64,000 bases of DNA, taken from contig CM074518.1 in assembly GCA_037379345.1 (NCBI GenBank), positions 10,292,001 through 10,356,000 on the forward strand, read 5' to 3'. Below are positions 47,961 to 62,900 of this stretch, piece after piece. The notes below the pieces were generated by a model. It did no database searches, was not told the DNA's origin, and saw nothing but the letters and a program-made list of their open reading frames with translations. Within the stretch, counting starts at the first letter, position 1, and each line of letters opens with the position of its first letter. The stretch is from Perna viridis. Taxonomy: Eukaryota. A program made the translations under genes and the position numbers.

Positions 47961-50900
47961 ATGCAACAGCCTTTCACTAATTCTGAAGCTGTAAAAAGAT
48001 GTTTGACCATACCAAATGCTCCTATTCCTGGAGTACCTAGTTATAACCCACGTCCACCTTATGCAGCTGGAGGAAATGTAAGAAGCAGACCTTATTCTGG
48101 TATGTATATTTTAATTCATCATGTTCATATTTAGATCATTTTCAGTGTAGTATGTGCATAATTATACCAGTCATGTAAGTTTCCTCAGAGTCTGTTTTCT
48201 TTGAAACAGATGCTCAGACCAGTAATCAGTGGATAATGGCTTCAAATCACTTCTCAAAATTACCGGGTACTACTGGAAATTTGGTCCAGTTACAAAATGT
48301 GAATTGCAAACAAGGCAATGTTATCATAAATTCTACAAAATGATTATTGGTGTCTCCTACATGTGTATGAAGTTTTATAAGTCCATGTATGAAAGAAAAA
48401 TCGTAATGACTTCAGTTACACTGAATGCAAAGAGATCCAATACATGTACCACCATATTCAAGTAACCAGTATGTGAGAAATAATTATTGACTCTCTAACA
48501 CCTATAAATTATCTAACCCACTTTCACCTTCGATCAGAACAAATGAAGCAGTCACGAAATTAAAGGATAAATTTGTATAACATCTTAGTAATGATAAATG
48601 ATGGTAACTGATTGCACAATCAACTATAAATTACAATAAAGAGAAGAACATATCATTAATAATTAATCCTCTTGTTTTAAATATTTATCAAGGAAATTGA
48701 TGGTAGTTTACCATGACATTGTACTTTAAAGAGAAAAGTATTGATTAGTAAAGGTTTTATATGATTATATCATCCACATTAATGTTAATTGTTCTAGCTG
48801 TAGAGGAAAAGATGTCATGTTTATTATTTACCTGTTGCTATGATCTAACCAATGATTTTTGTGTTATTTTTAGATATTATGAACATTGCTACATTTATTC
48901 TTGTTAATTTTTCCTTTTATAGTTATATTCAGCATACTGATCAGCAATTAATAAAGACAGCTTTATTGTCATGTTGTTTTAATGTTGCTATATGTTTGTT
49001 ATTGGAATTCATGGAGTCAAGGCCTTTAAATGTCTTCAATAGTTGCAAATATTTTCTTATTGAGAATTTAAATAAGTTGATGATAGAACATTTAAACCCA
49101 TCTTAAGGAGTGTTTATTTCTTCTTTATTCATAAGTCATGGAGATTTTAATCCTTTTCAACCCATATCTGAAGGACAACACTGTCTTCTTAATTTGCACA
49201 GAACTCATTTCATAAATGCAAAGTTCCCTTTTTGTTTTTTAAGACTAAGCTTTTGTACCAGATTAACTAGTTTGTCTGTTTATACCTGTACATGTGTCCA
49301 ATTGTAATGCTTATCTGTTTATACAGTGTACATGTGTCAGATACAAATGATTATATGTATATACATGTTTCTGGTTTATAAAGAAACTTCATGAAAATGC
49401 AATGATCCCTAACAAACATGTACAGTTTTGCTTTCCAAATAATATCACAAAGCGGTAACAATCAAATTTTTTCTCTTTTAATGTTATAAATTCTTGTACC
49501 TGTACATATTTTTCATTAATGAAAAGTAGGCCAGGCATGTATAACTATAAATTCCATAATATATTACGTGTCAAAGAACATACAACAGACTTTCTTTAGA
49601 AATGTACATTTTAAATCAACGTTGTATTATATGTACATTTAATCAAATTCTCCCATAGTTTTTAAGTGATTGAAGTTTCTGGTGCATTTTGTTCAGTTGT
49701 CTTACAAAGTAAATAATGCTACAATAAATTTATACCATGAAATGACAAATGTATGAATTGCATTTAATTGTATAGTTGGTTATTTATATTTGACTTAACT
49801 TCAGGCAATAAAATGCTGAATACCAATCATCCAGTGTTCAATCTGGGGTATAAGTACATGCTATATTGACTTCATAAGTATGTTACACTTTATTGAAGTT
49901 CTATGAACTTTTGATTTGATTTGATTTTTTTTTATTTGTATATGCTCAGTCTATGTTATCAGTGATTTTGTTACCCTTTTATTGCAGTCAAATATCTGCT
50001 GTTTCCCCTGGATACTTTTCCCAAAATGTTGAAAAGTATTTTTCCCAAAGGAAAGAAAATTCCTAATTTTTTTGAAAACCGGGTAAAAAAGCCAGTAAAA
50101 TGTTCCTTGAGATGCGACTTCTTTTGCCTGGTGCTTTGTTCACTTTTGTTGGAATGTTTTTCTTCAGCAAGTCATAACCTAATGAATATTGGGAGTACGT
50201 ATTTATCAAAATATATCGGTTTTCAGTTCAGGGTTTGGCATATGACACATTTCTTTCCCCTGTAAAATATTTTCCCGATGTGTTCGAAGAACTTCAAAAT
50301 TTCCCAAAAATAGAGGGTTGCTTTTAAAACAAGGAACAAAATCAGTGATTATTGGTTATTGATACACGTGTATGCTTATCATTAATGAATAAGTGGTCAA
50401 ATGTAAGCAAAAACTGTTGAAAAGGGCAGTCATATGGAAACTTGATCGGTAAAATTTCAAACAATTTTCTTTGGATTTTGTATCTTTTTTTGTTTGCTGT
50501 GTTTAACATTTTGGATCTAAATATTTTTTTAGTGAAAAAGGAACCTGGAACTAAATTGCCTAACATCCTTAAATCAAATTCTGACATCTGTTCCATACAT
50601 TGTAGTTTGACAGTTTGTCCCTTGTTTGGGTTGATTAGATCATAGTTTTCATCTCAGTCAGAATTTCCTGCTCAGGGTGATTGGAACTAAGTTTACCTCT
50701 AGTCATACATGTATGCAGATTTTCCATAGCTGAAGTAGATTTGAAAAAGGAATTTTAGATCACTTATTGTATTATTACTTTCTTTTTTGTTCGATCTGTA
50801 CTTTTAACCATTTGTCATTTGCCACAGGCAAGTCAAATTTACAAATGTATGAGTAAATTTTGTACTATTAAACATTTGGCAGATATTTATGAAGTCATAT

Positions 50901-53900
50901 AGTGGAAAAAAAATTGAGAGATAGGTATCCAGACTAGCAATTGTAATGTTGAGTTAATTGATGTGTACATATAGTGTTCAGTAAACAAATCATACAGTAC
51001 AAATTTCTTTAAAAAAAACTCGAGACTTTTGTCATACAGTAAAAATCACTTTTTGTGCCTTATATATTATTAAACTTTTTTGTATCAAGTATCTTATTTC
51101 ACAATACAATTTTGAATAATTGCAGCTCCATCAAGAAGAGTCACAGCTGGAAATTATGGAGAACCATGGAGATCATCTGCTTACAAAGAGCCACATGTAC
51201 CTTTACCCAAACATTACATGACAAAGCTTTCAGAGAATGCTGCACCTAATGCGCCCTATGCTGGTAAGTATGGAGGTCTGTTTTGGTCATTTAAATATCT
51301 GTTTATAAAATAACCACTGTTGGAATTGGACTAGCATCACTACAATATTACATGTATATAGATGTACAGGTTGCTTACCACCACTGTTTATAACATTTAT
51401 GACTAATACAGCTGCTGAAACTCTACACAAATCATTTAAATGGTATTAAAGCTTGTCATTAATGAATAAGTGGACAAATTTAAAAAAAAAAGCCCTTGAA
51501 TAGGCATATGGAAAATTGATCGGAATATGGTAAAATCTCAAACAATCACCTTTCTTAATTCATTTAAGTTATTTGTATTTTAAATTTTAAAATGAAATTT
51601 AGTCAATTTTCAGTGGAGTGTTTTGTTTCTGTTGTAGCCAGAAGAAATTATTCTTTCATGAATTCTACTTTATTCAACAATACTCCATCAGACAGTCGCT
51701 GTTCCATTCCCCTGCCTGCTTATGACCCTATGAATGACCCACATCTACTGGAATACTTTGAAAGAAGATTTGGTCAGATACAGAGAACTTCTAAGGTGTT
51801 TATAATATGACCTACTAATTATTCAATAGAAATACAAAATATATAATTTCTCTATTATACAGAATTATTTTATTGTTTCAACATATGTCAACATTTTTAA
51901 GAATGTTAGTGAAAATAGAACTTAATGATGTAATCATGTGGATGTAATTCCGTATTGTTTTATAAGTGTTAGTTAACTGAATAAAATTAAAAATTATTTA
52001 CTTCAGCGAAACATTTGGAACAGACCATCTAGTGCCTCCCCCAGTCTTAGGTCAGGATCTGGTGTTGCAAAAAAGAGTAAGCTGAAAGGAGAAGAAGGAG
52101 ATGTTTTGTATAAAGTAGCTATCACTACTGGGGAGAAGAAAGGGGCTGGTACAGACTGTAAGGTTGGTATTACCAAGGATACGTTAATCTTTCCAATTTG
52201 CTTTAACTTTCTTGCATTAATTTAATAAAATTTAAAGGTTCAAATGTATCTAAAAAAAAAGCAGGGGATGTAAATTCAACTGTTAATTACATATGACAGC
52301 AAAATAGAGTTATCTCCCTTGTCACAATTTAATTTTATTTTCTTTGCTGCATTTTTCTAGGTGTTTATCACTATGAAAGGAACCAAAGGAAAAGTGAAAA
52401 AGCATAGACTGACCAAAAAGGCAGGATCGGTGAAATCAAATAAAGATGTTGCCTTCAGATTTGCCAAAGGAAGCACCCATCTTTTCAAAGTGAAAGGACC
52501 TGAAATAGGGGAACTGAAATCCATAAATATTGAGGTAAAATCCAACAGCCTAACAAGTTTAAAAACAAAACCATGAAAAATATTAGTGCTTTATAAAAGA
52601 ATGCACAAACTGAAATTGGTCTGTGTTCCAGACATCTCATTAGAATAGTTGTTTTTCACATTTACGGAATGCAAGCCATTTTAGCAAGTTTTTCAAAGGG
52701 ATGTAAACCACCAACACCCAACAACCTGGTTGGCAGTCTCATTGGGGAAAGGAAGAATAGTAATAATTTTTCTTTGAAACTTAAACTATTTACTCTTTGG
52801 TGAGTAGCTAAAAGGTTTGAAATTAGTAATTCAAAAGTAACCAAGTACTTACCACAGCTATAATAAGTCAAATATTTAAATTTTTTAAGTCTACTGCTGT
52901 CCATTGCTCCAATCAGACAGTAAACCAGTCTTTTGGGTTGGAAGGTTTAATAATTGAACGGCTGTTCCAGAAATAAAAGAAACTAATTACAGGTCCCATG
53001 ATAATGTGTACATAAGAATTGTAAAGTAAAAGCCCTTAATCAGGAATGGAAACATTGTCAGTAATAATTATATAAGTGACAAGACGTTGTCCAAAGGACT
53101 TGATTCAAGTCAACTCTAAGAAATTTCTTTTTTAAAGTACGTTTCAAATACAATCTATAAATATCTTTATTTTAATTATAAGTTTTGTTAAACTTTCATT
53201 GATGTCGCCCGATGTTTACTCCCGTATAAAAATACCTCGCATATATATACTATAGTTGTGTATTTTTAGAAATTTAAATGAACACATTGTTTACAATGTC
53301 TGCGATGTGTGTCTGGTCATTAAATGGATTGCAATTAATTATAATTGCTCAATACAAGACTGTCATGAAGTTTGTATCAACGATAAATATCTTTTTTTTT
53401 TTTGCGATTTTCACATTATATTTTTGTCAATCTTTAATACCACATGCTAATCATCTCAATCACTGCTTTATTGTACAGATGCCTTGGATTAAAGCTGGAC
53501 AAATCAACTTGTATGGATTTTGGCAATTTGATTTTCACATGTCCTTTGGACTCCTTTATTGTGATTTTCTGAGGTCCCAAATGAATTTTGGAGGTCAGTG
53601 ACCTGGGAGCTCAGGTACTAACGTCCATATTTTCGGCATAGATCAATGAGATTAACTTCATTGTGCTGGATGATTTTTCTCCCAGGTCGGTGGTTCTCCG
53701 TACACAATTAACAACTGGAATATACGATGTCCCAGCTGGGTGGGTGTAACACTCATATTTCATCGTGAAAAAATCAGACTGGCACCATGTTTCATTGACT
53801 AACATGGATTTAAAACTCTGACTTGAGTATTAGAGAAACACAAGTCCCTGAGTGCATTGTATAGAGTGAGAATAATTGTTGTTATAGAAAAATGGTTCTT

Positions 53901-56900
53901 TGCATTTACATTAATTTGAAAGAAATCAACATACATTCATCTGGCAACTTTAGTTTTTGAACCCTATTAAAAAATCAGTTTATCTAATAAAAAACCTATG
54001 AGCTGAGAGTATCACAAAGCAATGTCTATAAAGCAATGTTATACAAGTCCATTGATTGTCTCCCTTTATTGCAGACAAATGCCAAAACCAAAGAGGAAGC
54101 CTGGTTCCTACAGGAGGTGGAGATAGAACATGTAAAGAAAAAGAAAAGATGGGTGTTTCTTATTAACAAGTGGTTCTCATTGTTTCATACAGATCAACAA
54201 CTTTCCAGAGAACTTTATCCAATGGTCTCATCTAATACAAGTAAGCAAGACATTGAACTTATCTTTTCATCTATTAGTGTACATGAACTTTTGTGTGGAA
54301 TGAGAAGTTGAATGATTTTTAGTGAATTTATTTTAGTGGGTGATCATCTGTACTTGTCAGTTTGTTTAAAAGGAAGTGAAAAATGCTCATTGAAGATACT
54401 TTTAATAAAAGATTAAGTGTCAAACAACTTGACTAAAGTACAATGATAGTCTATTATATATCACATTTGATATGAAATAAAAGATGGGGGAGTAGTACTG
54501 GACTTGTACTTTTTATTTTGATTATGAAGAAGCAGTATAACTTAGTTTTTAAGGCATTATCTAAATAAATGAATTATGTCTCCTCCACTTTTCATGTTTG
54601 TCCTGTTCATCACGCCTTTTTAGGCACAACTCCTTTGGGACTACTGCACCAAATTTCATGAAGCTTTGTAGGTAGTTAGGATTAATATGTAGTTATGCAA
54701 ATTACCAGGAATTTATGATCCACTGAATTTTGTGGAAGTTACTCCCCTTTGAACTATGGAATTGGGAGGACATAGTTTTTTTTCTGAATCAACTTTAATT
54801 TGATTCTGGTCTTATCAGAGATGGTAATATTGTAATTTATTAAGTACTCTTTATAATAAAAGAAAACATTATGAGAACATTCTTTTCCAACAAAGTTATT
54901 ATTGAGGCTAATCAAATACATTTCAGCATATGAAATACTCATTGTGACTGGTGACAAAGCTGGAGCAGGAACAAATGCCAACTGTTTCATCACAATTTTT
55001 GGAAAATCAGGGATTACACAAAAAATACCTCTAAAGAAAGGTGGAAAGGGAGAATTTAAACAGAACAGTAGTGAAATCTTTAAAATGAAATCTAACTGTG
55101 TTGGGCCAATGAGGAAGATAAGACTAGAACATGATAATACTGGGATAATGCCTGGCTGGTTTGTGGAAAGGGTAAGATGGTGTAATCAGTTAAAAATGAT
55201 CTGGAGTAGGTATTACAAAGCTGAATAAAGTCTTATTAGGCTATTATTTACATGAAATTGTCTATTACCTATGTACATTTCAATGAGACATAATGTATTT
55301 GTGCTAATTTTTATGCCATTAATGCCACTAAAAACCACACAGGGTGGGAGGGATTTTGTTTTAACCTGTTATTGTACCCAAAAGTGAATAGGGTGCTGTT
55401 TACAATTTTCCTTGCCAGAAAAACATGACAGAAATACTGTAAAGGTATCAATTTTCGTGGTGTACTAATTTTCCACTATTTCCACTATTTTTGCAGTGGA
55501 CTGAAAATGCAAAAATAGATTCTGCAAAATTGATTTTTTATGCTATGTAACCTTACAACAAATTTTTAGTTGAGTAGACATATTCCTGGGTACTTAATAC
55601 ATGTAGTTTGTTTTGTCTTTATAAAATCATTACAAATGTTTACCTCGGACCTCAAATGAAACTTTTATGTTGCACAGTTGTATGGATCAAGCTTTTAGTA
55701 GACAGTAAATACTGTTGCATTGTTTAAGCGTAGATATTAAAATGTCCTCTTGTGCAGAAATTTTGCTTATGGTCCAATGTCATGGAATGTATTACTGAGC
55801 TGATTTTTACTTATATTTTTAAAAATAATTAAAAATCTGGCACATTATGTTGACAGGTTGTAGTGACAGATTTAAAAAATCCACATTGGCGATATTTCTT
55901 CCCTTGTGGTGAGTGGCTATCTCGGAGAGAAGGAGATGGGAAAATCAGTCGAGATTTAGTTGGCAGCAAAGATGAATTTGCACTGAGGAAAGGTGAGTTT
56001 AAACCATGAACAACTTTAATTAGGATGAAAGTATTTTTAATTTCTTTTTAAGAAAAAAGATGTAGAACTCCTTAAAACTGAAATCTTTTCTCTCCCTTGA
56101 ATGGAAACTTATAAATATGACTTTAATCTTTCTTTAAAGCAAAAAAATATGATTTTTCCTCTATAGATTATAAATATACAATGACAATATTTACTGGAGA
56201 TAAAGCTGGAGCTGGTACAGATGCAAATGTTTATGTTACACTGTTTGGGGAGATGGGAGACTCTGGGGAGAACTTCCTGAAAAAATCGTTCAAGAGGAAC
56301 AGGTAAAATATACAACAGTTTTTCATGAATTGCTTACATTTAAAAAAAAATCTTGATTAAGTCTTTTACTGATACATTTTTCAACAAATCCATGTATTGG
56401 CATTTGAAATTGTGTAGTACACATAATAATTAAGTACACAGACTATATAGTAGTTTTGATATTCTATATAGAAGAACTGCTTGATGTTTTCAGTAACTTG
56501 AGAATATGAAAATATATTACCAGTACAGATTAACTGCTATCAGTTATCACAACTGTACACAATGTTCACTATTTCTTTACAGTAAGAATGAATTTATTCT
56601 GAAGTGCCCATGTTTAGGGAGACTAGACAGAATAAGAATTGGTCATGACAACTCTGGTTTTAAAGCAGGATGGTATCTGGATAAAGTAAGTATCAATTCT
56701 ATCTCTATCTGTAGGAGACAATTAAAGAGAAGGTAATTAACTGTAGTTAGGGGAATCGTTAAAATTAATAACTAGGGTTTTATCCCTAGAACATTTATAC
56801 TTTTGTTAATTGATCTTTTTAAAAGTGTAATTTGTTGTCATTACATGTTGAAGGTAGACTTGTAACAAGTCCCTTTATATATGAAAAGTTAATTGATTGC

Positions 56901-59900
56901 ATGTATTTGTCTGATAGTAAATCCACTAATTATCACTGCATAGAGCAGCATTTAGTCATGGCTTATCAGAGAGGTTTATTACACAGATTTTCTGTGCCAT
57001 ATACATAATAAAGAGGGACTTGTAGCAAGTCTAATGTTGATAGTTTAAAAATAGATTTTTAAGAAATATCAGCATTTAGATTGAACTAAATCAATTTTGA
57101 AGACCCAAATAACTTTGATGATTTTAATATAGAAACACTTAAGTAATGTTATTACAGCTGTTCATGGTTTGTACAGTGATTAAATGATAACAGATGTATA
57201 TACATAGTCTTTGTTTAGACTTATAGGAAAACTACATGACTGATAACAAATGTAATCCATCAAGTAACTGTCTGAAACATTCTTATTGTCCTCTGCCAAT
57301 CTCCTAAAATGAGCTATTAATTAAAATATACTCTTGTCCTAATGAATGTTCTGTTGTTTTGGACTACCCCTAAGGCACAACATAGTGAGTTTTCTCCCTT
57401 CACATGAAATTATTTCCCTTTGTCACCTATGGTAGAGATTTTCCGCATTCATACCACCTTGGTGTTGGAGTCATAAATGATAGGAATCCAAGGTGGGGTT
57501 TCTCGTCCCATTGTTTCCTCAGGAAGGCTGTAAGGAGATAAAACATGAGTAACTCAATGGTTAACATAAGCTTTTCAGATAATTGATAAAAGATAATTAG
57601 TTTAAGTTACAAAAACATACTTCTGCATTGTCTTTCATGCAAAATGTTCTATAGTTTTGTCCGCTATTGTAACATGCAAGGTCACATACATTTTGTTATA
57701 CTGGTGTCTGCACTTCTGTTCATCACAGTTTATGGAATCTACTCCTTTGAAACCGATCAACAGAATTTGTTCAAATTTTGTGGGATTATTATTTACCATA
57801 TGTAGTTGATCATATTGTGCTACCATTTTGTTTGACAAATTTTAAAGTCCTGAGGTATGGAACTTTTTCACTTCCTCTTAACTTGCGGCTGGGGGTGGGA
57901 GGCACATGGCTACGCAAAAAAAATCTTGTTACTTCGAAAATCATTCTGCTCTTTATAGTTAGAATATAATACTAATAAAAATCATTGAAGTCTAGGTGAA
58001 AGTTGAATGTAAGGACCCTTTTTTCTATCCACTTCTTCCTTGACGCAAAAGATGATTAAATCTTATTTAAATAAATAAAATAATCATTGCTTATAATTTG
58101 TTGAGAAATGTTTTGCATGTACAATTCTCATGCATTCACATGCTTATCTAATTGGTAATCAACATGATCTTTCTCTGTGTGATTGTTTATTCAGAACTTT
58201 AAAATTTCATGGTAGAAAGGAGCTGTGATGAGAACAATCCCCTAGACATATATAACTTACATTGATTTGATGAACAGGCATGAAAATTATCACATAATTA
58301 ATAGAATGATAAATCAGATGTTTGTACCTTGTGGTACTGAAGTAAAAGCCAAGGTCATGCCAATGAATGAAACATGTCTTGTTAATCAATTAACAGTATG
58401 TTATTGTATCTGGTCTGTCTTTTGGTTCAGTGTGATTATAGTCTGATATAGTTTTATCATAGATATTTAGGATATACCAGTAATTATTAGTAAATAACTT
58501 ACACAATCAATGAAGTTTTGATACAGGAAATGTGGTTTCATAAAGGGTTTAGTGTACTAAATTTGCTTTTCCTTTTTTGATTTTAGTTTGTTTTTGTTGA
58601 AGAAAAATGATCTTATGAAGAGATTTCGTTTTGTGTTGAAGTTTGTGTTAAACCATCATAAATAGATAGTTTAAGTTGGCATACTAGTAACAGCATTAGA
58701 ATTGAACAGATAAATATAAACAAAACTAACCTTTCATGCCCATTGGTGACGGGTGCTTAATGTCTACTTTAACTTCCTTCTCTGTTTCACCTCCAATGAA
58801 TTGACAGTGGTCTTGTCCATATCCATATTGGTCAGCAATATCCAGAAATTCTTCATCAAGTGAATTGCCTAAGAAGATTTTGTACCTAGTTGGAGAGCAG
58901 AGCTGTACCCCAACATATGTCCCAAGTCCATTTTTTGTTACTTTGTTACGCTTGACTAATTGTTTTTTGTTACAAGCATTGCTCAGCGAGTGTTGTGTAA
59001 AGTTGAATTCTATCCATCTGTCATGACCTAACTTTTGTTCTAAGTGGATGAGGTCTAACACTTTATTCATGAGATCATGGTTGTTTTTTAGGATGGTTTG
59101 ATTTCGTTCAATTTCTAGTATTCGTTGTGCATGATCCTGGAGGGATGTTAGCTGCCACTCAATACTTTGAGTTTTAGAGTTCAGTTCAGATAGTTTTATG
59201 TCCAATTTTCTGTACCCAGTTGATGAGTTTTTCTTCAAAGCTTCAATACTTCTTTCAGAAAATAAATAGTCCATTTCTAGGTCTTGTAGCCTGTCTTCCA
59301 AGTCAGCCACATTGGTTTTCTCAGAAATTTCTTCTTTAAGCCGATTTTCAAGTTCGCTGATGTCAGACTTCATACTTTCAAAGTTGACATGAGTTTCATT
59401 ATGGTTGTGTATGATTGTTTTCTTGAAATGATTTACTAGAGTTAGTGATAGGTTGCTCTGTCTTTCTAGCTGAGAAATTTTGTTCTCAAATGAAGAGACA
59501 CTTGACTGAATTCCCAACAAACTCATTTCTAAATTAGTTTTAATACTCTCTACCTTAGTCTGGATTTTAGAATCAAGAGCCACATCATTAGTGTAACTAT
59601 CTATTCTCCTGTCCATTGATTGAATATCAGTTAGTATCTGTGATACTGTCCTATTTAGTATTTTTATATTATCAGAAAAGTTAACTTTTTGTACAAGTCT
59701 AGTAAGATCATGTTGTTGATCTGTGAGATTTGATGCCAATCCTTGGAATTTCTCATCCAGACTATTAGTATTGTCACCAAGTTCTGTAACTTTTTTGTCT
59801 AACTTAACACTGAAGTCTCCTATAGCCTTCTCTAGTTTTGCTTCAACTTCCTTTCTCACTAATTCAATTTTATCATTGATTTCTTTTGCCATATTCTTTT

Positions 59901-62900
59901 GTGCCATGCTTTGAAGCATATTGATGGTCTTTTTTAAACTTTCTGTTAGTATATATGGGTTCTCAGATATTTCTGACTTGGTAGAATTTCTGTTTGTTAT
60001 GTTTGTAGTAGATTCAAAGTCATTTGTAATATTTACAGAAACTTCACTTTCCAAATCCTCCACAGAAACATTTACATTATCATTTATTGTATGAATTGTT
60101 CTTGCCATTTCTTGCATTGTTCGATCTTTGGTGACACCTTGATCAGCGGCCATATTTAGCATATTTATTTGTTGATTGACTGGTTGTATGGAAGCTTCTT
60201 CACTTATATGCTCTCCTATTTCATCAGAGGAACCTATTTCTTCATTTTGGTCCAGCATTTTGACTGTCATTCTATTTTTCATACTTTTAAGAATTTCTTC
60301 TTTCACATATTGCATTTCAGCCAAGATAAGTGGTTTGATGGCAGATGTTAGTTTGTCATCTGTTAATGTTTCCATCTTCTCCTTATTGTTTTCTTTTATG
60401 ATTTCTTTAAGTAATTCTTTTCTAAGGTCTTCCTTCATTTGTTGTAGTTCAGCCATAACATAAGGCCGTAATGGGTCAAGAAGGGTGTCAGGTTCACTTT
60501 GTTGTGTTTTCTTGTTGCTTTCACTAGTTTTAGAGAGAGCTTCCTCTAAAGCTTTAATTTTACCATCCATGTGTTTGAAATAAGTAGATTCTTTTGCTAT
60601 CATAAGTTCTAGTTGTTCCACTTTATCATTATAGCGATTCATATTTAGTACTATCTCAGGTAATCGTATTTCAAGAGCACCAACAAGTGTTTTATAATGG
60701 TTGAATTGTGATTCCATTGACTGCATTTTACGTAGTAACTGTTCATTCATACTACAGTCACTTTTTATACTTTCTTTAGGAATAGTTAGTGTCAGAACAC
60801 ATGATTCCTGACCTTTTTGTACTGACACCTCAGACTGTGGTGCTCCAATGGTGTTACAAATCCAAAATGAAATAAAAAATAAGCCATGCACAAATCGTGC
60901 GACTTTTCTGAAAGCATTAATTGTGAACATTGTAAAATTTAGTGTAGCCAATGGCGGCACAACTTAAAGCTTTCCTACTGTACAATACTATATGTTGGTC
61001 ATTACTATAAATATAAATCCAACTTGAAGATTCTGGCCATGCCTGTGTTAGTCATTTCACAATTGTAAACAATTACATAACTGTAAGTACCACACTTCCT
61101 TTGTATTAATGAACTTCTCTTATCTTCGGCAGTTCATTAAAAAATCAGGCAATTTGTCTGCGTTATGTTTAGTGTCAATTTATACATCACAAGGAGTTTA
61201 CCTTCAAATCATGTTGAAATCCTCTTCTGAAAAATCTCAAGTTACTTATTATTCACAAACAGAATGAACTTATGTTATTGTTTCTGAGCACACTTCCTCT
61301 TACCTACTTTTCTTGAAGCATTTATGTCAAGATGTTGAATTCCTTTCTCTCTCTGATCTTTCTTTTTCTAGAATATGGTTGTATCAGTTAATAGCCTGTT
61401 TACACATGTATATATCTCCCCACAGTATATAATCTGTTCCCTGAAGGTTTACTCAGCAGGGAGCCAGAGATAATGGAAATTTCACCTGGTATTCTTATAA
61501 AGGTGTCAAGGCTTTCAGTTTTGGGAGAATTACTTCAAAGGAATCTATCTTAAAGTCAAATTAATTAGTTTAGAATCAAATTATAAAATCCAGTTTTCTG
61601 ATAATTTGTTGATTTGATAGTGATTTTCTGGAGTTTCTTACAGAAATTTCACATAAAAATTAGTTCTACACCTGCATAAAATTTTGATATTATGATTACA
61701 TAAATTACATAACTATATATTAATTAATAATACTAAATTACTGAAGAGGAGAAAGTTAAAAATTGAATGGATATCTAAAGTTCAAATTTTACAATAAAGT
61801 GAAGACTTTTTTGTGTATTATTTAAGGCTGTTTTTTTTTATAATAAAAAGATAAAAAATGCAAACCAATAACTGTTTACACAGACATATTTAAGTAGCCG
61901 TCTTTGTAAGAATCATGCAAAATCTGAAAAATGTGATATACCCCAAAAAAGGCTACATATTTTTATTTTTGTAATTAAGTTGTTTTATGGGTCTGTACTG
62001 TGAAATGAGTAATTATTCATTCAAATCTGCCTGCTCTTAGGACATAATCAACATTGAAAATCCAGTAGATTCTATTGTATTTGAGCGTCATTTACAGAGT
62101 TATCTCCCTTAATTTGGAAATCTACAGTGCATTCTATATAATTTTTATCTCCTAAGAGCACGGGTTATATGAAAAACCACATATTATTTTCTGTTAACTA
62201 TGACATTTCAAACAAAATATCAAAAATAAAAATATGTAGGCTTTTTACCCATGAATCACATTTTGCATGATCCTTAGCTGGAATGCTACTTAAAATAATT
62301 GAAATGCTTTTTCAATAAGAATTCATATTACCCCCCATTTTTTGGTTCTGTACTAATGATAATGGTATAAACTAATTGAATGCTAATGGTCAGGGATAGG
62401 CTTATCTACAGTTAGGGTGTTGAATTTATTACTTATCCTTTATCAGATGGTATAGATTGATATTTTTGTGGAAAGGTTCTTTTCCTTATCTCTTTAACTA
62501 CATGATGTATATATTTTAGTAGAAGTCAGTTTTCATATTAAGTGGGTGGAATAGATCTGACACAGATATTGCAATACACCACATCAGTAACCATTAAGCT
62601 ATATTTTCATTAACATTTTTGGGGGTTTCTCCTCTATGATAAATAGATAAATAGAGAATTGACTTGTAAAACTAGATTTTCACACTTATTACCATTTTAA
62701 TAGTATTTTGAACGATACTTTTTTAAAAAATTTTTCAAAAACCTTACTCTGTTATGAAAAAAAAATTCACAGTTATCTGTAAATGAAAAATGGACTTAAG
62801 CCAGGATTGGGTAGAGAGATGAAATGATTGTATAAAATCCTAGGTGTAAAGATAGTGGGCTTCCATAGGTGTCTTATAAACTGATTTCTAATGTCTAAGT

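Noticed and set aside
59723-60463. Plus-strand ORFs 59723, 60169 and 60176
   Set aside because: Antisense shadows of the nested gene.
58726-60960. 744-aa ORF as a single-exon gene or retrogene starting at GTG 60960
   Set aside because: ATG 60930 precedes the signal peptide, and a donor at 58730 splices to an exon that completes the conserved domain.
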